Shown here: piece after piece, positions 22,282-32,694 of the stretch
Layout of the letters: each line of letters opens with the position of its first letter
Numbering within the stretch: the stretch's first letter is position 1
NCBI GenBank assembly: GCA_963802415.1
Contig: CAWDIH010000002.1
Location: 792,085 to 856,084, forward strand
DNA: 64,000 nt
DNA from: an uncultured Acidimicrobiia bacterium
GTDB taxonomy: Bacteria; Actinomycetota; Acidimicrobiia; Acidimicrobiales; JACDCH01
Reading direction: 5' to 3'
Made by a program: the position numbers and the translations under genes
The notes under the pieces: generated by a model
The model's database searches: none
What the model was told of the DNA's origin: nothing
Seen by the model: the letters and a program-made list of their open reading frames with translations, nothing else

Positions 22282-22336
22282 CCCTTCGAACTCCGGGGAG
22301 AAACGGGTGTCATAGCGCCCGTTTCCACCCAACATT
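22282..22336 (-). repeat. Interspersed hairpin repeat, family R3, copy a (55 bp, inverted relative to copy b)
   Basis: The reverse complement aatgttgggtggaaacgggcgctatgacacccgtttctccccggagttcgaaggg matches 37584..37638 at 49 of 55 positions by manual alignment. Confidence 0.75.
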
Positions 22337-22369
22337 CGTTCGCGAGGGGGTGCCGTAGCCTCGGGCTCG

Positions 22370-24670
22370 ATGGGTGAGGTGCGGCTGGTCGTCCACGGGC
22401 ACTTCTACCAACCGCCTCGGGAGAACCCGTGGACCGAAGACGTCGCGGTGGAGCCGACGGCCGCCCCGTTCCACGACTGGAACGAACGCATCACCGCCGA
22501 GTGCTACCGGCCCAACGGGTGGGCGCGTGTCCTCGACGAGCACGGTCGTGTGACCGAGATCGTCGACAACTACGAGCATCTGTCGTTCAACGTCGGTCCG
22601 ACGTTGCTGTCCTGGCTCGAGGTCCACCACCCCGAGGTGTACGAGCGCATGCTCGAAGCCGACCGAGTCGGGGGTGGCGCCATCGCGCAGGCCTACAACC
22701 ACATGATCCTGCCGCTCGCCAACGAGCGTGATGTCAGGACGCAGGTCCGCTGGGGGCTGACCGATTTCGAGCACCGCTTCGGCCGTCCGGCGCGCGGTAT
22801 GTGGCTTCCGGAGACTGCAGTCAACGACGATGTGCTGCGGGTCCTCGTCGAGGAGGGCATCGGGTTCACGATCCTTGCGCCGAGGCAGGCGGGCGGCCCT
22901 GTCGACGGGGGCGAGCCGTATCGATGGATGCATCCGGACGGCAGTGGACGGTCGATCACCATCGTCTTCTACGACGGCGCCATTTCGCACGACCTCGCCT
23001 TCGGGCTCACCGGCCTGTCCAGCCAGGAGTTGATCCGGCGCGTCGTCGTCGCTGCCGAAGACGGCACGCCGGTGTGCGTCGCCACCGACGGCGAGACCTT
23101 CGGACATCATCACAAGTTCGCCGACCGCGCACTCGCATACGCGTTCAGTCACGAGGCGAACGCCGCGGGGGTTCGGGTGGTCAACGCGTCGCAACTCATC
23201 GACGAGGTTCCGGCGGTCCGAGAGGTGGGCGTGCACGAGAGTGCCTGGTCGTGCGCCCATGGCGTGCGTCGTTGGATGGAGGACTGCGGCTGCCACACGG
23301 GCGGCGCACCAGGTTGGAACCAGTCGTGGAGAGCGCCGCTGCGCGAGGCACTCGACCTCGTGCGTGACCATGGCGCCGAGGTGTTCGATCGCCGCGGCCG
23401 CGACGTGCTGCACGACCCATGGGCCGCGCGCGATGCGTATGTCGAGGTTCTCCTCGGACGGCGCGGCGCCGACGAGTTCCTCGCCGAGCACTGTCCAGCA
23501 GGCGCAGACCGCGTCGATCGCGCTCACGCTTCTCGAAGCGCAGCGACACGCGTTGCTCATGTACACGTCGTGCGGCTGGTTCTTCAACGACCTGGCCGGC
23601 ATCGAGACGTTGCAGGTCCTCCGGTACGCGGCGCGGGCCGTCGACCTCCTCGACGAGCTCGACGAGCCAGTGGACATGGACCGGTTTCTCGACGTGCTCG
23701 GGAGGGCGCGCAGCAACGTCGAGGCCGAGGGCGACGGCCGTGCCATCTGGCAGCGCCACATCGAGCCGAGTCGGGTGGACGCCGATCGCGTCGTCGCGCA
23801 CTTCGCGCTCATCTCACTGCTGGAAGATCGCGATCCGCCGGGCACGCTGACTTCGTTCGTCGTCGAGGACGTTCAGCGGCGCCTGGCGCACCGAGGTGGA
23901 CTCGGCGGTGTCGCCGGACAAGTGACACTGGTGCACCGTCGGACCGGGCGGCGAACCGTCCATGTGTACGCCGCCATCCACCTCGGTGGCCTCGAGGTGT
24001 TCGGCGCGACACGCGCGGCCGACCCGGAGCGCGATCCCGCTGTGTTCGCCGACGTCGCACGCGGAGTCGAGTCGGGGCGCGCGTCACCACTTTGCTGCGG
24101 TTGATCGCCGAGGGGTTCGGCCCCCACGAGTTCGCGCTCGACTCCGCGCTACCGGACGCCGCGGGCGAGATCGTCCGCAGCGCAGCCGCGCAGCTCGCCG
24201 ACCGGTTCGGCGCCACGTACGAGCGCTTGTACGGCGACAACCGCCAGCTGCTCGACGCTCTCATCACCGCCGGTTATCCGCTCCCGCCCGAGCTCCGGGC
24301 ACCCGCGGAGTTCGCGCTGGCACGACGGTTCGAAGCCGAGATCGCAAGGGCGGTCGACAGCGACGAACCCGATTCGTTCGAGACCGCGCAGGCGATCGCG
24401 CGAGAGGCGCAGCACCGCGGCTTCCATCTCGCCACGCCCAGCGCGGCGGCGATCATGGGACGCACGTTGCTGACTGCTGTCGAGCGTGCTGTCGAAGATC
24501 CGGAATCACAACGGATCGCCGGGGCTCTCCAGGTCGTTCGCCTCACCCGACACCTCGGACTGACCCTCGACATCGACCGGTCTCAGGAGCTCGTCGTCGC
24601 CGCGCTCGACGGCGCGGGCGGGTCGTCGCCGCTGCGAGTCCTCGCCGGCGCCCTCGGCATTCGCACCTAG
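22370..24670 (+). pseudogene. GH57-family glycoside hydrolase with DUF3536-like C-terminal region, two frameshifts (~23500, ~24085)
   Basis: VVHGHFYQPPRENPW...HMILPLANERD...ATDGETFGHHH is the GH57 catalytic region. The middle part (LLEAQRHALLMYTSCGWFFNDLAGIETLQVLRYAARA...) lies in the frame of ORF 23241..24104, and the C-terminus returns to the first frame. Confidence 0.8.
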
Positions 24671-24692
24671 GCCGGTAGCGTGAGCGGCCACC

Positions 24693-25571
24693 ATGGTGAG
24701 CCAGGTCCAGACGTGTTACCGCCATCCCGACCGTCGCGCCGGCGTGACGTGCCAGCGCTGCGACCGTCCGATCTGCCCATCGTGCATGACGCAGGCGTCG
24801 GTCGGCTTCCACTGTCCCGAGTGCAGCCGCAGCGGCGGCCAACAGGTCTACACGGGACCGCGGGCCTTCCAGACCGAGCGGCCGGTCGTGACGCTGGCTC
24901 TCATCGCCATCAACGTCGCGGTGTTCCTGGCCGGCGCCGCGCAAGCAGGCTCCGACCTCCTCCGCAACGCCAGTCCCTTCGCCACGGACTACGGCATGAT
25001 CGGCTCGGGAGTGCTGGTGCACGCGGATCGCACGTTCGAGCTCATCGGCGTAGCCCACGGCCAGTCGTACCGGCTGATCACCGCCGGCTTCCTCCACGTC
25101 GGGCTGTGGCACATCGCGCTCAACATGCTCGCCCTGTGGTTCCTCGGCTCACAGCTCGAACCGCTCGTCGGACGGGTCAAGTTCGCGGTCGTTTACATGT
25201 CCTCGCTGCTGGCCGGGTCGCTCGGCGTGATCATCGTGAGCCCGCACGAGATCACGGTCGGTGCGTCGGGCGCCATCTTCGGCCTGCTCGGCTTCGCCGT
25301 CGCCTACCAGCGGTCGCGCGGCATCAACATCTGGCAGAGCGGTCTCGGGATGATCCTCGTGCTCAACCTGGTCTTCACCTTCGGCGTGAGCGGGATCTCG
25401 ATCGGCGGCCACGTGGGCGGATTGATCGGTGGGTACCTGTGCGGGCTGATCCTGTACGAGTTCACGCCCCGGATGCGGACCCATCCGGCCGTCCCGACGA
25501 TCCTGTGCGGCGCCGTCGGCGTCGTCTGCTTCGCGGCTTCCCTCGTGGTCGCATCCGGCCTGAGCCCTTAG
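24693..25571 (+). CDS. rhomboid-family intramembrane serine protease with N-terminal zinc-ribbon
   Basis: CYRHP...CQRCDRPICPSC...HCPEC Cys cluster, then TM helices with HIALNMLAL and GASGAIFGL (catalytic Ser) motifs. Confidence 0.8.
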   Translation: MVSQVQTCYRHPDRRAGVTCQRCDRPICPSCMTQASVGFHCPECSRSGGQQVYTGPRAFQTERPVVTLALIAINVAVFLAGAAQAGSDLLRNASPFATDYGMIGSGVLVHADRTFELIGVAHGQSYRLITAGFLHVGLWHIALNMLALWFLGSQLEPLVGRVKFAVVYMSSLLAGSLGVIIVSPHEITVGASGAIFGLLGFAVAYQRSRGINIWQSGLGMILVLNLVFTFGVSGISIGGHVGGLIGGYLCGLILYEFTPRMRTHPAVPTILCGAVGVVCFAASLVVASGLSP

Positions 25572-25572
25572 C

Positions 25573-25588
25573 GGGCTCGGCCGAGCCC
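25573..25588 (+). terminator. 16-nt perfect palindrome right after the rhomboid stop
   Basis: gggctcggccgagccc begins 2 nt after TAG 25569-25571. No T-tract. Confidence 0.3.
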
Positions 25589-25634
25589 CCTCCGTCTCCC
25601 TCCGTCTCCGGCTTCACTGTCACACCCCGTCTGC

Positions 25635-25853
25635 ATGATTGGCGGCATGAGCGAGTGCCGCCTGTGCGTTGAAGATCTCGAGCATTGTCACGACGTCTCG
25701 ATCGAGCATGCCGACGGCTCGACCGAGTGCGTGGACCCCACATGCCGGCTGCCACACGACGCCCACGAGTGGCAGCTCCCATGTTCGGGGCTCGAGCCGC
25801 CGTGTCCCTGCGTCCCCGAAGAGGAAACACCGCCGTTGCTGCTGGCGGCATGA
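25635..25853 (+). CDS. small acidic Cys/His-rich protein (72 aa), hypothetical
   Basis: 8 Cys and 5 His in 72 aa (CRLC...HCH...EC...TC...PC...CPC). It has more A/T-ending codons than neighbouring genes, so coding status is uncertain. Confidence 0.3.
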   Translation: MIGGMSECRLCVEDLEHCHDVSIEHADGSTECVDPTCRLPHDAHEWQLPCSGLEPPCPCVPEEETPPLLLAA

Positions 25854-25862
25854 GCGCCCGGG

Positions 25863-26840
25863 TCAGCCGACCGAGTTCACGTCCTGCGCCGCAGCCTCCG
25901 GCGAAACGATGTTGATGAGCACACCGGTGCCTTGCTCGAATCCCGTGGTCGTCGTCAAACGGGGCACGACGTGCACGTGCCAGTGGAACTGGTCGTCGAG
26001 CTGGTGGTGCGGCCCCGTGTGGAAGACGAGGTTGTACGCGACGTCGCCCATGATGTGACGCAGCCGCTCCAGGACGACGCGGAGGGCGCGCCCGATCGCG
26101 GCCACGTCGCGCGGCGCGGCGCGCTGCAGCTGCGGCTCGTGCTCCTTGGGGACGACGAGCATCTCGTACGGGGTACCGCTCCAGTACGGGCACACGGCGA
26201 GTACGCGGTCGTCGTCCAGCAGCACACGCTGGCCGGCCGACGACTCGGCGTCGACGATCGTGCACAACAGGCACGATCCTTCGAACCGCACGAACCCGGA
26301 TCGCTCCTCTGCCAGGTCGCCCGGCACGAACGGCACGCCCAGCAGCTGGGCGTGCGGGTGGACGAGCGACGCGCCGGCTTCCCGTCCGTGGTTCACGATG
26401 CCGAGCGAGGCCCGCACGTTCTGGTGGCGCGCGTGTTCCTCGAGCCGGTCCCGCAAGGCCGCCATCACGAGCCCGGCGGTGGGGTCGTCGAGATCAGCCC
26501 AGCCGTAGTCGTGCTCCGGGCACAGCACGAGCACCTCGTGGATCCCGCTCGCGGTGGCTTGCGTGAACACCGGTCCGAGATGCGTCACCCACATGGGGTC
26601 GTCGCCCGAGAACGCGGGGAACAGGTTGGGCACGACGCGGACCTGCCACCGCCCGTCGGGGCCGTACGACTCGAGCGCCGGCGGCGTCGCCTCCTCGTGG
26701 CCGGGGCAGAACGGGCACGCACGCGCCGGGTCGGCTTCGACCGGAAGGCGGCGAGGGGCGAAGTCGACCGGACGGAGCGACCGGTCAGCTGCAATCGTGA
26801 CCCACCGTCCGGTCAGCGGATTGAGCCGCAGTTGGCTCAA
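25863..26840 (-). CDS. galT: galactose-1-phosphate uridylyltransferase-like (GalT/HIT superfamily) nucleotidyltransferase
   Basis: Intact 325 aa. CPFCPGHE zinc motif, NLFPAF, HPHAQLLG and HWHVHVVPR His motifs. Confidence 0.8.
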   Translation of the reverse strand: MSQLRLNPLTGRWVTIAADRSLRPVDFAPRRLPVEADPARACPFCPGHEEATPPALESYGPDGRWQVRVVPNLFPAFSGDDPMWVTHLGPVFTQATASGIHEVLVLCPEHDYGWADLDDPTAGLVMAALRDRLEEHARHQNVRASLGIVNHGREAGASLVHPHAQLLGVPFVPGDLAEERSGFVRFEGSCLLCTIVDAESSAGQRVLLDDDRVLAVCPYWSGTPYEMLVVPKEHEPQLQRAAPRDVAAIGRALRVVLERLRHIMGDVAYNLVFHTGPHHQLDDQFHWHVHVVPRLTTTTGFEQGTGVLINIVSPEAAAQDVNSVG

Positions 26841-26889
26841 CGGCTGGCTCCGGTATGCACAGCACGCAACCTACCGCCGGCGCGCACCG

Positions 26890-27650
26890 TCACACTGCCA
26901 CCTCGTACACCGACACGTGCAGGTTGTCGTCCGCCGTGAAGGGGGTCATTCGCCAATCACTCCACCGTTCGACCAACGCCAGCCCGGCAGCCGACGCCAT
27001 GCTGTCGAGCTCGTCCGGCGCGAGATAACGGATCGACCACGGATGGAGCCGCACGCCCGACTCGCGCAGCTCGATGTGCTGGCCGGCGACGGTCTGCGAG
27101 GCGGCGTCATGGGTGGTGACCGTGAGCACGACGTGATCGACCGCGACCGTGCGGGCGTCGACAGAGGACGCGGGTGCGTCGGGTGCGGGAACGAATGCCT
27201 CGATGACGAGGCGTCCCTTCGGGGCCAGAACCGCGACACACGCTCGAGGCAACGCGCTTGGGCCTCAGCGGTGATCAGGTTGAAGAACGTGTTGTCTGCG
27301 GCGAACACCAACGAGCACCGCGTCTCGGCACCACGTCGGAGCGGCGACAGATCGAGCTCGGCCATGTCCCCGACGGCGACCGGCACCCAGTCGCCGCCAG
27401 GCTTCGCGCGGAGCCTCGCCACCATCGCGGGCGACGCATCGATGCCCCAGACCTCCACACCGGAGGCCGCCAGCGGCAAGGCAAGGCGGCCACTTCCCAC
27501 GCCCAACTCGAGCACGGGCCCCGGACCGGAGACTGACGCAAGTGCGGCGAGGGCAGTGACCGCGCCCTCGATGTCGCCGCGGGTGGCGTACCACTCGTCG
27601 TACACGTCGGCCATGCCGTCGCCGTAGGTCGCCGGTCCGTACCCGTCCAT
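26890..27650 (-). pseudogene. class I SAM-dependent methyltransferase, one frameshift ~27240
   Basis: VLELGVGSGRLALPLA (motif I) ...IDASPAMV...AQARCLERV in one frame. It continues as AVLAPKGRLVIEAFVP...* in ORF 26890..27252. Confidence 0.75.
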
Positions 27651-27690
27651 CGGGCCCGATCTAGCACGGGTCACCGCGTACCCTCTCTCC

Positions 27691-28621
27691 GTGGCACCTC
27701 CGGCGCAGTCGCTCGGGCCTTGGGTGGCGCCCGGCGCGCGGACGGCGGCACCCGCGACGGCCCTCGGTGACATCGCGAGCCCGACGTCGAGCGCACCAGT
27801 CGAGCCGGCGGTTCCCCGGCCGATGCCGCTGCGACCGATGACCGCGGCCGACGTGCTCGACGGGAGCATCGCGGTCATCAAGGTCGCGCCCCGCACGATC
27901 CTGGCCATCAGCGCAGCCGTCGTGGTGCCGCTCGAGCTGCTGACCTCGTGGCTGCAGCGTGAGACGTTGAGCGACAGTGGATTGTCGGGCGCGCTCGAGC
28001 GCGGCCTCGTCGACGTCGTCGCCGCTCGTCGACGTCACGATCACAACGGTCGCCTTGTTCGTCGTGTCGGGCGTCGTGCTGTCGGTCGTCGCGGGCGCGA
28101 TCGCGTATGCGATGAGCGCGTGGTATGCGGATCGCAACACCACCGCGGGCAAGGCGCTGCACGCGTCGGTCGGTCGGCTGCCGGCGCTCGGGCTGGCATG
28201 GCTGCTGGTGCACGCGATCGAGGCGGTGGGGCTGATCGGGTTGTTCATCGGCGCGATCTTCTTGATGCCACTGTTCGTCGTGGTCGCTCCCGCGATCGTT
28301 GTCGAAGGGCTCGGTCCGTGGCGGGGCGTCCGTCGATCGATGAAGCTCACGCAGACGCGCTACGGCGCCGTGCTCGGCGTCGCCCTGCTCGTCGGCATCG
28401 TCGACCTCGTCCTCACAGTCGCACTGACGGGCATCGGCCTCGTGTTCGAGCTCTTCGACTGGGGATGGATCGTGACCGCGGTCTGTTCGGCCGGCAGCTC
28501 ACTGATCACGGTTCCGTTCGTAGCCGGCGCGGCGACGCTGCTGTATTTCGACCTGCGAGTCCGGTCCGAAGGTCTCGATCTCGAGCTCAGCGTCGCCGCG
28601 CACTTCAGCAGTGCTCGGTAG
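27691..28621 (+). pseudogene. membrane protein (first gene of the MoxR-associated module), one frameshift ~28020; start uncertain (27691/27823/27838)
   Basis: N-terminal ...MTAADVLDGSIAVIKVAPRTILAISAAVVVPLELL... The TM-rich remainder (ITTVALFVVSGVVLSVVAGAIAYAMS...LLYFDLRVRSEGLDLEL) lies in the frame of ORF 27977..28621. Confidence 0.6.
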
Positions 28622-29261
28622 CTTGCTCGCGGCTGCGCCGCCGCCCGGGGCGATCCGAGATCGCGCGGACGACATCCTGAGCCGCCCCGAGTTCCAACGG
28701 CACAAGACCCTGCTGGAACGCATCCTCGACTGGATCGGAGATCAGCTCTCTCGGTTCTCGTTCGGGATCGGCGGCGGTCCCGGCTTCGCAGGCGACCTGA
28801 TCGGCCTCGTCCTGCTCGTCGGAGCGCTCGTACTCGTCGTCGTGCTCCTCCGCTCGATCCGGCGTGTCCCGCGGCGGACGGCGCCCGAGCCGGAGCTGTC
28901 GGTCGAAGAGGCGGCGCGCCGTTCGGCGTCGGACTGGCGAACTGATGCCGAGCGATTCGAGGCGGAGCAGCGGTGGCGCGAGGCGATGCGAGCCCGCTAC
29001 AGGGAACTGGTCCGCATGCTCGTGGACGACGGGGCGCTCGTGGACGTCCCGGGCCGCACCACCGGCGAGTACGAGCGCGAGCTGGCCGCGGCGCGACCCG
29101 CAGCTGCGGATGCGTTCCGCCTGTTGACTGCGCTCTTCGAGGATGTGTGGTACGGCGGGCAGCCCGCAACGGCCGAACAACAGCAGCGCTTTCGTGCGCT
29201 TGCAGCGCACGTTCGCGAGCGGACGAACGTCCACGCAACGCAGCTGGCCGGAATCCCATGA
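28611..29261 (+). CDS. DUF4129 domain-containing protein
   Basis: Intact 216 aa. One TM helix then ...RYRELVRMLVDDGALVDVPGRTTGEYEREL...LFEDVWYGG is typical DUF4129 sequence. Confidence 0.75.
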   Translation: MLGSLLAAAPPPGAIRDRADDILSRPEFQRHKTLLERILDWIGDQLSRFSFGIGGGPGFAGDLIGLVLLVGALVLVVVLLRSIRRVPRRTAPEPELSVEEAARRSASDWRTDAERFEAEQRWREAMRARYRELVRMLVDDGALVDVPGRTTGEYERELAAARPAAADAFRLLTALFEDVWYGGQPATAEQQQRFRALAAHVRERTNVHATQLAGIP

Positions 29262-30373
29262 CGGCGACGCGCCGGCCCGTCGTGATCGGCATCGCCGTCG
29301 CGATCGCCTTGGTGGTCATCGCCGTCCTTGCCGGGCAGAGCGAGTCCGAAGAAGGGGCACCGCTGTCGCCGACCTCCGCCTCACCGGACGGACTGAAGGG
29401 GCTCGTGCTGCTCATGGAGAGCTTCGGCGCGGACGTCCGCACCGATGAAACGGTGCCCGACCCGGACACGCGGCTGGCACTGCTCGCTCGCGACGGACTC
29501 GACGACCGAGACCGCGACGACCTACGCGCTTGGGTGCGCGGCGGCGGAACCCTCGTGGTCGCGGATCCCGACTCGCCGCTGGCCGGGCCGCCGTCAGGCG
29601 ACGTGGGCGGCATCGCGCTCGTCCGGGGCCATTGCGATCTCACCGGCATCGACGACGTCAACCGCATCGAGATCGGTGGTCTCGACAGCGGCAACCTCAG
29701 CGTGCTCGGCGGCAAGCGGTACCAAGTCGACGGGCAGCCGTCGTGCTTCGGTGACGGCGACGCCGCGTACGTGCTCGAACGCCGCCTCGGCTCGGGCGTC
29801 GTCATCTCCGTGGGCGGACCGAACCTGTTCGCCAACAGGTTTCTCGACAAGTCCGACAACAGCGTGCTGGCGATCCGGTTGCTGCAGCCGAATGCGCCGC
29901 AGCCGGTCGCGATCCTGGCGTCGAGCGCTCCTGGATCCGGCCGGACGACGCTGCTGGATCTCGTGCCGGACCGCGTGTTCCAGGCGTTCATCCAAGTCGG
30001 CATCGCCTTCCTGCTCTACGCGTTGTGGCGCGCGCGGCGGCTCGGCCGTCCCGTCGTCGAGCCGCAGCCGGTCGCGATCCCGGGTTCACAACTCGTGCGC
30101 GCCGTCGGGTCCCTCGAGCAGCGCACGCATGCCACCGACCTCGCCGCAGGGGCACTGCGTCACGACGTAGAGCGCCTCGCACGCCAGCGCTATGGGCTCG
30201 CGTCCGATGCGTCTCGTGCGACGGTCGCGCAGGTCGTCGCCGACCGCACCGCACTCGACCGCCAACGTGTCGAAGCCGCACTCGGCGACGCGCCCGTGGT
30301 CGACGACAACGCACTGCTGGCGTTGACGTACGAGCTCGACGCCATCCGCAAGGAGATCCTCCATGGTCGTTGA
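29258..30373 (+). CDS. DUF4350 domain-containing membrane-anchored protein
   Basis: The ATG overlaps the upstream stop (ATGA). N-terminal TM helix, GLKGLVLLMESFGADVR, and a late TM helix FQAFIQVGIAFLLYALW. Confidence 0.75.
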   Translation: MTATRRPVVIGIAVAIALVVIAVLAGQSESEEGAPLSPTSASPDGLKGLVLLMESFGADVRTDETVPDPDTRLALLARDGLDDRDRDDLRAWVRGGGTLVVADPDSPLAGPPSGDVGGIALVRGHCDLTGIDDVNRIEIGGLDSGNLSVLGGKRYQVDGQPSCFGDGDAAYVLERRLGSGVVISVGGPNLFANRFLDKSDNSVLAIRLLQPNAPQPVAILASSAPGSGRTTLLDLVPDRVFQAFIQVGIAFLLYALWRARRLGRPVVEPQPVAIPGSQLVRAVGSLEQRTHATDLAAGALRHDVERLARQRYGLASDASRATVAQVVADRTALDRQRVEAALGDAPVVDDNALLALTYELDAIRKEILHGR

Positions 30374-31334
30374 TCCCGAGCCGAGCCTCGACGCGCGTGG
30401 CCCGATCCTCGCCCTGCGCGACGAGGTGGCAAAGGTCGTGGTCGGCCAGGAAGGCACCTTGTCGGGCCTCGTTGCGGCCTTGCTCGTACGCGGTCACGTG
30501 CTGCTCGAGGGTGTGCCCGGCGTCGCGAAGACACTGGTCGTCAAGACGGTCGCGGCGGCACTCGATCTCGAGTTCCGCCGTGTGCAGTTCACGCCCGACT
30601 TGATGCCGTCCGACGTGATCGGCCAGACGATCCTCGATGCGCAGAGCGGGTCGTTCTCGTTCCGTCCTGGACCGGTGTTCACCAACATGCTCCTCGCCGA
30701 CGAGATCAACCGCACGCCACCGAAGACACAGGCCGCACTGCTCGAGGCCATGGAGGAACGCCAGGTCTCGGTCGAAGGAGAAGCACGAGCGCTGCCCGAT
30801 CCCTTCATCGTCGTTGCGACCCAGAACCCGATCGAGTACGAGGGCACCTATCCGTTGCCCGAGGCGCAGCTCGATCGCTTCTTGTTCAAGCTGCGCGTCG
30901 ACTACCCGAGCTTCGAACAGGAACAAGAGGTGGTCGCACGTCACGACGCCGGCCTCGATCCGCATGATCTTGCAGCCGCCGGTGTCGCGCCAGTGGCAAA
31001 TGCGGCCGACCTTGCCGCGGCCCGCCGCGAGGTCGATGCCATCCGTGTCGAGTCGCCAGTCGTTGCTTACATCGTGCAGCTGTGCCGGGCGACGCGTGAC
31101 ACACCGTCGCTGGACCTTGGCGTGTCACCCCGAGGTGCGACGGCGCTGCTGCATGCGGCAAAGGCATGGGCGTGGCTGTCCGGTCGAACGTTCCTGACCC
31201 CGGACGAGGTCAAAGCGGTGGCGAAGCCGACGTTGCGTCATCGCATGCTGTTGCGGCCCGAGGCCGAGCTCGAGGGGACGACGGCGGACGGCGTGCTCGA
31301 CGGCATACTCGCGTCGGTGCCCGCACCGCGCTGA
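30363..31334 (+). CDS. moxR: MoxR-family AAA+ ATPase
   Basis: Intact 323 aa. LLEGVPGVAKT (Walker A), LLADEINR (Walker B), VVATQNP. Confidence 0.9.
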   Translation: MVVDPEPSLDARGPILALRDEVAKVVVGQEGTLSGLVAALLVRGHVLLEGVPGVAKTLVVKTVAAALDLEFRRVQFTPDLMPSDVIGQTILDAQSGSFSFRPGPVFTNMLLADEINRTPPKTQAALLEAMEERQVSVEGEARALPDPFIVVATQNPIEYEGTYPLPEAQLDRFLFKLRVDYPSFEQEQEVVARHDAGLDPHDLAAAGVAPVANAADLAAARREVDAIRVESPVVAYIVQLCRATRDTPSLDLGVSPRGATALLHAAKAWAWLSGRTFLTPDEVKAVAKPTLRHRMLLRPEAELEGTTADGVLDGILASVPAPR

Positions 31335-31341
31335 TCGCCGT

Positions 31342-32652
31342 ATGCCGGTCCCGACGAAACGACTCGCGGCGGTTGCGCTGGTGCTGGCCGGCGTCCGGCT
31401 CTTGTTGCCGGACGCGCCCATCGTCCCCGGACTGTTGGTGCTCGACGGTCTCCTGTTGCTCGTCGCGATCATCGACTGGCTGCTCGCGCCTGCGCCGGGA
31501 CGCATCGCGGTAGAGCGCACGATGCCGGTCGTTCTCGTCATCGACGAGCCAGGCGAGGTCGCGTGGCGCATCGCGAACCCGACCGGCCGCCGATTGCGGA
31601 TCGGATTCGCCGACGAGCTCGCGCCTTCACTGCATGCCTCGGTCCGCCGAGCAACCGTGAGCGTGCCGGGAGAGGGATCGGCGATCGTTCGGACATCGAT
31701 CCGGCCGTCGCGCCGCGGCCGGTTCGTACCGAGCGAGGTTGTCGTGCGCGTCTACGGCCCGATCGGTCTGGTGGCGCGGCAACGACGACGGTGGCTACCG
31801 GCCACGTTGCAGGTCCATCCGCCGTTCCGATCGAAGGACGAGGCGGAGTTGCGCATCAACCGCGCTCGTGTGCTGGAGGTGGGTCTTCGGTCAGCGCAGG
31901 GCCGCGGTGGCGGGACGGAGTTCGAGTCGTTGCGCGAGTACTCGACCGACGACGAGTTCCGACGTCTGGACTGGTCCGCGACTGCGCGCGCGGGAAAGCC
32001 GATCGTGCGCACGTACCGCGCCGAGCGGAATCAGAGCGTGGTCGTGCTGCTCGACAACGGACGGCTGATGGCGGGACGGGTCGACGGCGTTCCCCGCGTC
32101 GAGCATGCGATGGACGCGGCGCTCATGCTCGCCACCGTCGCGACGCGGTTGGGCGACCGGTACGGGCTCGTGGTTTTCGACGCAGCCGTACGGACGGTGC
32201 TCGCCCCGTCGAAGTCACGCTTCCAGGTGGGCCGCGTGACCGAGGCGTTGTTCGATATCGAGCCCGAGCTCGTCGAGACTGATTACCAGACCGCGTTCGC
32301 CGAAACCATCGTGCGCTTTCGGCGGCGCGCGCTGCTCGTCCTCATGACCGAGCTCAACGAGCAAGCGGCCGAGGAGTATCTCGTTCCGGCGCTTCCATTG
32401 ATCTCGCGGAGCCACGTGATCGTGGTCGGCGCCGTACGCGATCCCGAGGTCGACCGGTGGGCCGTCGATGCGGTGGATGACGCCGACGAGGCGTATCGGC
32501 GATCGGCCGCTGTTACCGCCATCGAGGAACGCAACCGGCTCGCGGCGCGGCTGCGAGGGTTCGGCGTGACCGTCGTCGACGCGGAGCCGGGCAAGCTCGC
32601 GCCCGACCTGGCCGACACCTACCTCAGGCTGAAGGCGACAGGACGGCTGTAG
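31342..32652 (+). CDS. DUF58 domain-containing protein (vWA-like partner of MoxR)
   Basis: Intact 436 aa. N-terminal TM pair, GGTEFESLREYSTDDEFRRLDWSATAR, and the VVLLDNG vWA-like beta strand. Confidence 0.85.
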   Translation: MPVPTKRLAAVALVLAGVRLLLPDAPIVPGLLVLDGLLLLVAIIDWLLAPAPGRIAVERTMPVVLVIDEPGEVAWRIANPTGRRLRIGFADELAPSLHASVRRATVSVPGEGSAIVRTSIRPSRRGRFVPSEVVVRVYGPIGLVARQRRRWLPATLQVHPPFRSKDEAELRINRARVLEVGLRSAQGRGGGTEFESLREYSTDDEFRRLDWSATARAGKPIVRTYRAERNQSVVVLLDNGRLMAGRVDGVPRVEHAMDAALMLATVATRLGDRYGLVVFDAAVRTVLAPSKSRFQVGRVTEALFDIEPELVETDYQTAFAETIVRFRRRALLVLMTELNEQAAEEYLVPALPLISRSHVIVVGAVRDPEVDRWAVDAVDDADEAYRRSAAVTAIEERNRLAARLRGFGVTVVDAEPGKLAPDLADTYLRLKATGRL

Positions 32653-32694
32653 GCGCCCCGGGGAGGGGTGAGGGCTCCTCGCCGAAGGTGCCGG

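Noticed and set aside
25590-25609. Tandem 10-mer ctccgtctcc x2 downstream of the rhomboid gene.
   Set aside because: There are only two units, with no further periodicity. It is probably trivial slippage.
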